Assembly (NCBI GenBank): GCA_029006735.1 | Contig: JAQXGN010000035.1 | Span: forward strand, 1 to 61,945 | Direction of reading: 5' to 3' | Length of the DNA: 61,945 nucleotides | DNA from: Bacillales bacterium | GTDB taxonomy: Bacteria; Bacillota_I; Bacilli_A; RFN20; CAG-449 | Shown: piece by piece, positions 42,641 to 50,559 of the stretch | Position numbering within the stretch: the first letter of the stretch is position 1 | How the letters are laid out: each line of letters begins with the position of its first letter | The notes under the pieces: generated by a model | Seen by the model: only the letters and a program-made list of their open reading frames with translations | What the model was told of the DNA's origin: nothing | The model's database searches: none | Position numbers and translations under genes: made by a program

Positions 42641-44806
42641 TTAATATAATCCACAAACTTTGGTCATATTTCCTTCACCATTTGATAAGAATGTGTCTAG
42701 ATATGAAATTGGATCACCAAAGTCAGGACCCCAACCTGAGCCATAATATGTATCATAGTTGACATCTTTTCCTTGTTCAGCATAATATGAAGCAGATAAA
42801 TATGCATTTTGATCAGAAGTTTGTAAAACATTTACTTTTACATATGGTTTTAATGCTTCTTCAATGCTATTTTTATAAATATTACCTTGGTTGATATTTT
42901 CAGTTTCAGTTGCTAATACGATTGTATCAATATAAATTGGCTTGTCTGCTGTAATACCAAGTTCTTGAGCAGCTTTTGCAATATACTTTTTAGCTAAGTC
43001 TACATTGTACCAACCATCGATAGCATCAGCAACCTTAATTTCTCCACCATAATATTCATCAATAAAGAATTGTACTAATTCACCATATTCAGTTTTTGCT
43101 GGGAAAGTCTTAGAAATATTATTTTTTGAATCAGTATACTTAACTTCTTTTTCTAAGGATAAGAAGTTTGGAGAAGTATACATATTTCTTAAATTAGCTG
43201 TAGCTAATTCTTTACCTTTAACCGCACCATTCCATGTAGTTCTATCAAATGCATAGTTCAATGCTTTTCTAAAGTTTCTATTTACTAAAGCATTTCTTGT
43301 TGCTTCTTTTTGTTCTGCAGTTTTTGTTGAATTTAATTCTTTTGGATAACCTGAAACAGAATATGCTTGTCTATTTAAATTAATCGCAGATAAAAATGTT
43401 GTTGCAGCAGTTGAAGAAATGAATGCATTTTTTTCAAAATATCCATCTTTTTTAGCGTCATTAATGATTGTATCTGTTAAAGTAACACTAATATATTTAT
43501 GATTGATAACATCAGAATAGTAATCTTTTGCACTTGAGTTATTATCATAAACATAAACGATAGAATCAATCTTTCTATTTGCTTTATCATAATAATGTTC
43601 ATTAGCTTTTAATGATATTTTGTTATTATCTGTAATTTCATCAAAATAAAAAGCAGAGTTATAAAGAATAGATTGTGGGTTACTTGAAATACCATATTTA
43701 TAATTAGCAGTATTATTTTTAGCAGTATTATATTCTGTCTTTCCTAAAGCACCACCCATTGAACGATAGAATGTTTCATTTAATGGTAAGAATGTAGAAT
43801 AAGTCAACATTGTCATGAAATATGGAACTTCTTTTTCTAATGTGATTTGTAATTCATACTCACCATTAGCTTTCATACCAACTTTACCGAAATCTGTAGT
43901 TTTTCCTGCCATATATTCTCTTGCATTTTTAACAACGCCAGATACTAATTGACCTAAACCTGATTCAGAACCTGCGTCTAACATATGTCTAAATCCAGTA
44001 ACAAAGTCTTGTGCAGTTACCTTTCCATAAATTGTTCCATCTGCTTTAACCCAATTAACATCATCTCTTAATTGGAATGTATATACTAATTTGTCATTAG
44101 ATATTGTATGACTTTTTGCAATAGCATATTGTTGATTACCTAAGTTATCATATTTCATTAATCCTTCTAATCCATTAACAATATAAACGCTATCTGAACT
44201 CTTTGAAGTTGCTAAAATATCTAAACTTTGTGGAGCCGCAGAATAAACACTCTTATATTCACGATTTAAAGTATGTCCTTGGCTAAGTAAATATTCAGAA
44301 GGATCATATTTTGTACCATTTTTTAATGCATCGTTCCACATTTTTTCCATATGATCTCTTTCTGCTTTAGTAACTAATGCATCTTTAATTAAAACCATAT
44401 TTTCAACTCTATCAGAATCTAAGCCCCATTGAACGTATGGAGTTGATCTATATGCTGAGTGAGTTAAAGCATAAGAGCCACCAGAAGTTGATGTTGGCAT
44501 GAAAATATTTGAATTTAATAATTCTGCCTCTGCTCTAGCATAACTTAAATATCTTTTTTCATTATCAGTGATATCTCTTGCTTCATCAATCATACCCCAA
44601 TAAGTATCTAAAATATCATCATAAATAGTATCATCATCTGTCATATCTACAGCTGGTGCATCTTCAATATCAATTTCAATTGGATTATCAGATGGCTTAT
44701 TATTTGAAGGATTGTTTGATGTTGTAACATCTCCTCCATTACCTCCACATCCAACTAATGCGAAAATTGATAAAATTGAAAGTAAACATATTTTTTTATT
44801 TTTCAT
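42641..44806 (-). CDS. oppA: Oligopeptide-binding lipoprotein (AmiA/AliA-like), circularly permuted
   Basis: Lipobox LVGC; YTFQLRDDVNW, VTAQDFVTG, NFRKALNYAFDR, GWGPDFGDPISYLD. Confidence 0.93.
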   Translation of the reverse strand: MKNKKICLLSILSIFALVGCGGNGGDVTTSNNPSNNKPSDNPIEIDIEDAPAVDMTDDDTIYDDILDTYWGMIDEARDITDNEKRYLSYARAEAELLNSNIFMPTSTSGGSYALTHSAYRSTPYVQWGLDSDRVENMVLIKDALVTKAERDHMEKMWNDALKNGTKYDPSEYLLSQGHTLNREYKSVYSAAPQSLDILATSKSSDSVYIVNGLEGLMKYDNLGNQQYAIAKSHTISNDKLVYTFQLRDDVNWVKADGTIYGKVTAQDFVTGFRHMLDAGSESGLGQLVSGVVKNAREYMAGKTTDFGKVGMKANGEYELQITLEKEVPYFMTMLTYSTFLPLNETFYRSMGGALGKTEYNTAKNNTANYKYGISSNPQSILYNSAFYFDEITDNNKISLKANEHYYDKANRKIDSIVYVYDNNSSAKDYYSDVINHKYISVTLTDTIINDAKKDGYFEKNAFISSTAATTFLSAINLNRQAYSVSGYPKELNSTKTAEQKEATRNALVNRNFRKALNYAFDRTTWNGAVKGKELATANLRNMYTSPNFLSLEKEVKYTDSKNNISKTFPAKTEYGELVQFFIDEYYGGEIKVADAIDGWYNVDLAKKYIAKAAQELGITADKPIYIDTIVLATETENINQGNIYKNSIEEALKPYVKVNVLQTSDQNAYLSASYYAEQGKDVNYDTYYGSGWGPDFGDPISYLDTFLSNGEGNMTKVCGLY

Positions 44807-44952
44807 TTTTTACCTCCCTATAATTGAAAATTTTTTTCATTATTAAACAAACATTAAATAAATTTAATGTAATTATATGAAACAATATTTTCATGAGAAA
44901 AGCAATAAAAATAGATGATTTAATAAAAAAGATTGATATTAATCAGTTTTTC

Positions 44953-45558
44953 TTATAAATTAATACCAATCTTATTTTGGTTATATAAAATATCAATAAT
45001 TAAATTTGAATAAAATCCCGCTTCTACAAAATATATTTCGTTATCATCTTGTAATAATTTTAATTTGATTTGATCAAGAATAAGAACTTCTTTTTCTACC
45101 TTCAATTCATCAAGCACAATTACATTAGTTTCTTGAAATAGTTTTGTAAGACCTAAATATTTTTTGATTTTATTTTTTGATTTAACAATAAGTGTAATTC
45201 TTTTTGAAAATATCTCCATTGGTAAGTCATCATTATTAAACCCATTCATTATTTCACAATTATTATTTTTGATTCTTTTATATAAATTCATATTTTGTTT
45301 ATTATTCGAGAAAAGCAAACTACTATTTGTGATAGCGACTTTAGTTTGAAATGCATAATAATTAATAATATTATTAGTAATCTTAGCCGATGGAAATTCT
45401 TCTTCTAAAATTTCTATTAACTTTCTTTTATATCTATTTTTGACAAAAAAGAACTTTGATTCTACGTATTTTAACGCATAAAAACTAGCCTCATCAAACT
45501 TAAAAGTTGAAAAGCTTAATCCGTTATACAAATAATCTTTTAATACACTTTCTTTCAT
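44953..45558 (-). CDS. Hypothetical protein (weak GT-D fold-like similarity)
   Basis: 2 nt downstream of smpB. C-terminal IYFVEAG...IID.L....KIGINL recalls GT-D fold domains. Confidence 0.55.
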   Translation of the reverse strand: MKESVLKDYLYNGLSFSTFKFDEASFYALKYVESKFFFVKNRYKRKLIEILEEEFPSAKITNNIINYYAFQTKVAITNSSLLFSNNKQNMNLYKRIKNNNCEIMNGFNNDDLPMEIFSKRITLIVKSKNKIKKYLGLTKLFQETNVIVLDELKVEKEVLILDQIKLKLLQDDNEIYFVEAGFYSNLIIDILYNQNKIGINL

Positions 45559-45560
45559 AA

Positions 45561-46013
45561 TTAATACATAACAGCTTTTGATGCTTCTCTTTTTTGATCT
45601 CTTTCTTTAATCGTTTCTCGTTTATCAAACAATTTTTTACCTTTAGCTAAAGCGACTTCTAGTTTTGCTTTACCCTCTTTTAAATATACTTTTGTACATA
45701 CAACAGTAAATCCTTTTTCTTGGATTTTTTGTTGAAATTTAAGTATTTCTTTTTTATGTAATAATAGTTTACGGGTTCTTAATGGTTCATGATTAAAAAT
45801 ATTACCATTTCGATAAACCGCAATATTCATTCCTAAAATATACGCTTCTCCATTCTTGATTAATACATATGAATCATTGAGTGAACAGCCATTTTCTTTT
45901 AAAGATTTTATTTCTGTTCCTTTAAGTTCAATACCTACTTCTAAAAAATCAGATAAAAAATACTCAAAAAAAGCTTTTTTATTATTAGTGATAACTTTTA
46001 CGTTTTCTGCCAT
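45561..46013 (-). CDS. smpB: SsrA-binding protein
   Basis: NKKA, GTEIKS, RKLLLHKKEI, GKKLFDKRE. Confidence 0.99.
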   Translation of the reverse strand: MAENVKVITNNKKAFFEYFLSDFLEVGIELKGTEIKSLKENGCSLNDSYVLIKNGEAYILGMNIAVYRNGNIFNHEPLRTRKLLLHKKEILKFQQKIQEKGFTVVCTKVYLKEGKAKLEVALAKGKKLFDKRETIKERDQKREASKAVMY

Positions 46014-48147
46014 GCTTTTTTACCCCTTTCTTTTTAGAAGACATCTTTATTCTAGATGTTTTGCTTTTATTAATCAATTTAAATGTGATTTCATGTGTTT
46101 TGACATTGACCTTTAAAACAAGTATTTCAACTTTATCACCTAATGAGTATACTTTATTAGTCATACGTCCATAAGCGCACATATAATTCTCATCAAAAAT
46201 ATAATAATCATCATCCATTTCTTCAAATAAGATAAGACCATCAATACCATTATCGAGTTCAACAAACATTCCTTTATTAACCATCCCGTTAATAAAGCCT
46301 GAATATATATTACCTATTTTTGTCGCCATATATTTTGCCGATTCTAAATCATCGACTTCACGTTCAATCGCGATTGCTCTTCTTTCTTTAATTGATGTGT
46401 TTTCTGCAATAAAAGCAATTTCTTTTTCAAAATCTGGACCATAAGAAATATTGCCATTTACTAAATATCGATCAATTAAACGATGGACTAATAAATCCGG
46501 ATATCTTCTTATTGGTGAAGTAAAATGAGTATAAGATTTACTTGCTAATCCATAATGCCCTTTATTAGATTCGCTATATCTAGCTTTAGCTAAGCTCCTT
46601 AATAACATAATAGAAATGATTTTTTTTATATCTTGATTATCAATACTTATTAAATAGTTGGATAACTCTTTTGGCGTAACTGTTAAAGGAGAAAAATTAG
46701 TTTTATATCCCAAATGGGTGGATAATTTAATAAAAGCATCCATTTTCTTTGATTTTGGTTGTTCATGGATACGATAAATAAATGGTAATTCCATCGCTTC
46801 AATCGTTTCTGCAACTTGCTCGTTTGCAGTAATCATTAGGTCTTCAATTAGTTGTTCACCTAAACCTTGTTCACGAATAATTACATCAATTGGATTACCT
46901 TTTTCATCACATTTAAAAAGAATTTCATTAGATTCAATATCTAACGATCCTTGATTTTTTCTTCTTTTCCTTATTTTTGTTGCCACTTCATTTAATAAAT
47001 AAATTGTTTGATCAATATCGCTAGAAAGATGTTCTAAACAAGGATCTTTTGATAACAATCTATTTACATAATCATATGTTAATCTAGCATGAGAATTAAT
47101 TATACCTTTAGTAATCCTACTTGATAGAATATTACCATATGGATCAACAGTAAAAATACAAGAAGTAACAAGACGATCAACATGTGGGTTTAATGAACAA
47201 ATTCCATTTGATAATTCAAATGGGAGCATTGGAACAACTCTATCAGTCGCATAAATCGATGTTCCTCTAGATAGTGCTTCTTTATCTAATGGAGAATCAT
47301 CTGGAACATAATGAGCAACATCAGCAATATGAACACCTACTTGATATCCTTCTATACACCTTTTTACTTCAACTGCATCATCAAAATCTTTTGCATCATT
47401 ACCATCAATAGTAACGATAAGATGATCCGTAAAATCCTCTCTATTTTCTTTTTCTTCTTCACTTACAAAAGAAGGTATATTTTTAACTTGTTTTTTTACT
47501 TCTTCTGGGAATTCTATATCTGCACCATATTTATAGATGATACTACTAATATCTACTCCTGGATCGTTCTTATTGCCAATTACTTCAATAATATCAACAT
47601 AAATTGTTCGTCTAGTGATTTTTGTTGGTATTCCAATTGCGATAAATCCATCCAATAAAACTAATGATGTCGGATTTATCATAAAAACAACATCTTTAGA
47701 CGCTACATCTTTTACATCAAGTATTAATTGACCATAATAGTCTTTAATTTCACCAACAAATTTATTTCTTGTTCTTTTTATAATCGAGAAAACAGTATAT
47801 TCATCCTTTAATGATTGTCTATCTTTCATTAACCATACTTCATCATCTAAAAAAGCAGAATTAAGATTTTCATTATCAATATATACATCTTCATCTATAG
47901 ATATATTAGCAAAAGAAAAGTTTTCCTTTATTGATACAATTCTTCCCTTAATCAAATGAAGTGATTCTGGAGTATAGTATTCATGTTTTTTTTGAACTAT
48001 TTTACCTTCAGCAACTAATTCATTTAATGCATCGATAGTTTCTTGGCTTGCTGAAAAAATCTCAAATATTAATTTATCTGAGAGTGAATGTTTATTTAAC
48101 ATTTGATAAATTCTTTCTTTTAGCATGTTCTCTATATTTTTCTCCAA
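45985..48147 (-). CDS. rnr: Ribonuclease R
   Basis: TIDGNDAKDFDDA, HIADV, HYGLA..YTHFTSPIRRYPD, S1 domain and basic tail. The start may be ATG 48126. Confidence 0.97.
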   Translation of the reverse strand: MEKNIENMLKERIYQMLNKHSLSDKLIFEIFSASQETIDALNELVAEGKIVQKKHEYYTPESLHLIKGRIVSIKENFSFANISIDEDVYIDNENLNSAFLDDEVWLMKDRQSLKDEYTVFSIIKRTRNKFVGEIKDYYGQLILDVKDVASKDVVFMINPTSLVLLDGFIAIGIPTKITRRTIYVDIIEVIGNKNDPGVDISSIIYKYGADIEFPEEVKKQVKNIPSFVSEEEKENREDFTDHLIVTIDGNDAKDFDDAVEVKRCIEGYQVGVHIADVAHYVPDDSPLDKEALSRGTSIYATDRVVPMLPFELSNGICSLNPHVDRLVTSCIFTVDPYGNILSSRITKGIINSHARLTYDYVNRLLSKDPCLEHLSSDIDQTIYLLNEVATKIRKRRKNQGSLDIESNEILFKCDEKGNPIDVIIREQGLGEQLIEDLMITANEQVAETIEAMELPFIYRIHEQPKSKKMDAFIKLSTHLGYKTNFSPLTVTPKELSNYLISIDNQDIKKIISIMLLRSLAKARYSESNKGHYGLASKSYTHFTSPIRRYPDLLVHRLIDRYLVNGNISYGPDFEKEIAFIAENTSIKERRAIAIEREVDDLESAKYMATKIGNIYSGFINGMVNKGMFVELDNGIDGLILFEEMDDDYYIFDENYMCAYGRMTNKVYSLGDKVEILVLKVNVKTHEITFKLINKSKTSRIKMSSKKKGVKKHGRKRKSYH

Positions 48148-48179
48148 AACAAAAGGGATTAAGCAATTGCCAATCCCTT
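48146..48179 (-). terminator. Hairpin after secG
   Basis: AAGGGATT/AATCCCTT stem followed by TTTTGTTTT. Confidence 0.7.
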
Positions 48180-48185
48180 AGTAAA

Positions 48186-48413
48186 CTAACCAAAATATTT
48201 TGTAAGCAATGTAAATAGGAAGAAGATAATACCTACAACAAGAGTTGCGATGGAAATAACTTTTTCTGATCCTCTTTCTTTAGTTTTTGCAAAAATATTC
48301 ATCTTAGATCCACCAGTAATAGCACCGGAAGCACCTTGAGATTTACCACCTTGTAACAAGGTTAATATGATCATAGCAATTGATACAATAATTAATACAA
48401 TTTCGAAGCCCAT
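48186..48413 (-). CDS. secG: Preprotein translocase SecG
   Basis: Two TM, LLQ..K..G.SGAI.GG, KERG; secG-rnr-smpB synteny. Confidence 0.94.
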   Translation of the reverse strand: MGFEIVLIIVSIAMIILTLLQGGKSQGASGAITGGSKMNIFAKTKERGSEKVISIATLVVGIIFFLFTLLTKYFG

Positions 48414-48536
48414 GGATTTTCCTCCTTAAACGCATCTATTATATATTACACCATTTTTGATAAACTTCAAAATAAAAATTATTATTTTCTAAAAATAATC
48501 TATCTTTTTAAGCATTCCACTAATATAATAAAGATA

Positions 48537-48625
48537 ACAGAGAAGTTAGAAAGCGTTAAGTGCCTATTTTTAGGAAGAATAAATAGGACGAACACATTGT
48601 GGCGGTTTTCTAACACGTCCGCTGT
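48537..48625 (+). ncRNA. THF riboswitch (class I, variant)
   Basis: P1 ACAG/CTGT, P2 GTTAGAAA/TTTCTAAC, GCGTTAAGTG, P3 CCTATTT/AAATAGG, ACGAA, GCGGT, TCCGCTG; lies upstream of folT. Confidence 0.9.
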
Positions 48626-48634
48626 AAATTTGCG

Positions 48635-48659
48635 GACCTACATTTGGAGGTCTTTTTTT
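48635..48659 (+). terminator. THF riboswitch expression platform hairpin
   Basis: GACCT/AGGTC stem plus T-run, overlapping the SD GGAGG directly before ATG 48660. Confidence 0.7.
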
Positions 48660-49877
48660 ATGAACAATAATAAAAAAACAAAAATATTTAAGATGATATC
48701 TATCTATATCATCACACTATTATTATCGTTCATATTAGGCTTTTTTATAACTAGTACAGTGAATAAATACACAGAAACATTTGAGTCTAACTTTACTTAT
48801 ATAGGTGACGATGAAAAAGATTTCACTAACTTTGTGAATGAGGATTTCTTTAATAAAGTAATTGAAAATCATAAAGGTGTTAATCTTGAAGATATTAACG
48901 TAAAATCTTTAATAAAAAATAATGACTTCACTATTACAAATAATAGTAAAAATAATTATACAATCATTACTAAAACAAGATACTATGAAACAAGTTTTAT
49001 CTCTTCAAAGCAAAAAATTATTAATAGAGCTCAAACATTTGTAAAATATGCGCTTTATGATTATGTTGTGGATACTTCATTAATTGAATTTGAAAGTGCA
49101 GACATTGGTGTCATTAATCACTCTTTTTCTCCTTGGTATGGTGGTCTATTTGCCACAATTGGTGGATTAATAATTGCGAGTATATCATGTGCGTTTTTCT
49201 ATAAAAAATCCAATGAATTTAAAAGAATAGAAGATAATGAAACTATTTTCCATACACCATTTCATAAAAAATATTGGTCATACGCAATTCATTCATTAAA
49301 AGATGTAAAATCGATAGTAACATTAGCAATGTTATTTTCTTTAGTACTAATAAGCAAACTATTTAAACTACCTTCTGGATTTGGTGATTTAGGTCTAGGA
49401 TTTAGTTTTATTTTTCTAGCGACAATTGCTTGGATATATGGACCAGTTGTTGGATTATTCATTGGAATGTTTTCTGATGTATTAGGATATTTTATTGGAT
49501 CTTCTGCGCTTAGTTTTAATCCTTTATATACAATACAAGCGATGCTAGCAGTATTTGTCTATGGTTTATGTTTTTATCGTACTAAAATTAATTTTTCTAA
49601 AGTTCTATTATCTCGTCTTATTATCAATATGATATTGAATGCATTATATGGTAGTTTTCTAATGGTTTTAATGTATTTTAATGCCGGAAAAATTACTTCT
49701 GATACATTCTTAAACGCCTTTAAAGTATATGCTATAATGTTATCATTACCAAAAAATATTGTTTATTTATTACCACAAACAATTACTTTATTTATTGTTT
49801 TTAAATCTATTGGTAAGTTATTAGCTAGATTCAATTATATAGAAAAAGATATTGGAGAAAACATCACTCTATTTTAA
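48660..49877 (+). CDS. folT: Folate-family ECF S-component FolT fused to an N-terminal TM-soluble-TM domain
   Basis: C-terminal ~200 aa: LAML, F.F......YGPV.G...G..SDVLGY, YGL.FY, R..IN...N, KN; THF riboswitch upstream. Confidence 0.88.
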   Translation: MNNNKKTKIFKMISIYIITLLLSFILGFFITSTVNKYTETFESNFTYIGDDEKDFTNFVNEDFFNKVIENHKGVNLEDINVKSLIKNNDFTITNNSKNNYTIITKTRYYETSFISSKQKIINRAQTFVKYALYDYVVDTSLIEFESADIGVINHSFSPWYGGLFATIGGLIIASISCAFFYKKSNEFKRIEDNETIFHTPFHKKYWSYAIHSLKDVKSIVTLAMLFSLVLISKLFKLPSGFGDLGLGFSFIFLATIAWIYGPVVGLFIGMFSDVLGYFIGSSALSFNPLYTIQAMLAVFVYGLCFYRTKINFSKVLLSRLIINMILNALYGSFLMVLMYFNAGKITSDTFLNAFKVYAIMLSLPKNIVYLLPQTITLFIVFKSIGKLLARFNYIEKDIGENITLF

Positions 49878-49879
49878 TA

Positions 49880-50467
49880 TTAATTTTCTTTTCTAAAAAG
49901 AACTTGATGACAATGACGACATCTTGGTTCATATTTTTCGCTTGCTCCTATAATGATAATTGGATCATCATAATATGCAGGTTTTCCATTAACTATTCTT
50001 TGTGTCCTTGTCGCATTATGTCCACATACACTACAAATTGCAGTTAATTTTGTTACATACTCTGCCATACATAATAATTGAGGCATAATTGAAAATGGTT
50101 CTCCTTTAAAATCATTATCTAATCCCGCGCAAATAACTCTAATACCTTTATTAGCTAATTCTTGCGCTACAGATAAAATTCCTTCATCCATAAATTGAAC
50201 TTCATCAAACGCTACTGCATAAGTAGTATTTTTAATATATTGATGAACTTCAGATGATGATTTTAAATTATAACATTTAACTTTGGATTTATTATGGGAA
50301 ACTACCTCATCCTCAGAATATCGATTATCAATAAGTGGTTTAAATACTATCACTTCTTTTTTTGCGTAAATAATTCTTCTAATTCTACGAATTAATTCTT
50401 CTGATTTACCTGCAAACATCGGACCACAAATTACTTCAATCCATCCTGATCTTGTATTAAACTCCAT
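49880..50467 (-). CDS. tdk: Thymidine kinase
   Basis: [32 protein letters not shown]. Confidence 0.98.
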   Translation of the reverse strand: MEFNTRSGWIEVICGPMFAGKSEELIRRIRRIIYAKKEVIVFKPLIDNRYSEDEVVSHNKSKVKCYNLKSSSEVHQYIKNTTYAVAFDEVQFMDEGILSVAQELANKGIRVICAGLDNDFKGEPFSIMPQLLCMAEYVTKLTAICSVCGHNATRTQRIVNGKPAYYDDPIIIIGASEKYEPRCRHCHQVLFRKEN

Positions 50468-50521
50468 ATCAATTACCTCACTAAGAAATAGTTTATCATC
50501 TACGCAATTTTCTTTCAATTT

Positions 50522-50553
50522 AAAAAAGAAAGGTACACCATTAAGTGTACCTT
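50522..50553 (-). terminator. Intrinsic terminator after rpoC
   Basis: Perfect stem AAGGTACAC/GTGTACCTT plus TCTTTTTT. Confidence 0.88.
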
Positions 50554-50559
50554 AAATTA

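Noticed and set aside
42512-42660. oppA as a C-terminally truncated pseudogene
   Set aside because: The missing C-terminal segment is present at the N-terminus, the gene ends in TAA followed by a clean terminator, and no remnant was seen downstream.
44807-45560. tmRNA (ssrA) next to smpB, or tRNA/rRNA genes anywhere in the window
   Set aside because: No GGGG...CCA tRNA-like ends or TTCGA T-loop in a cloverleaf context were seen in intergenic space.
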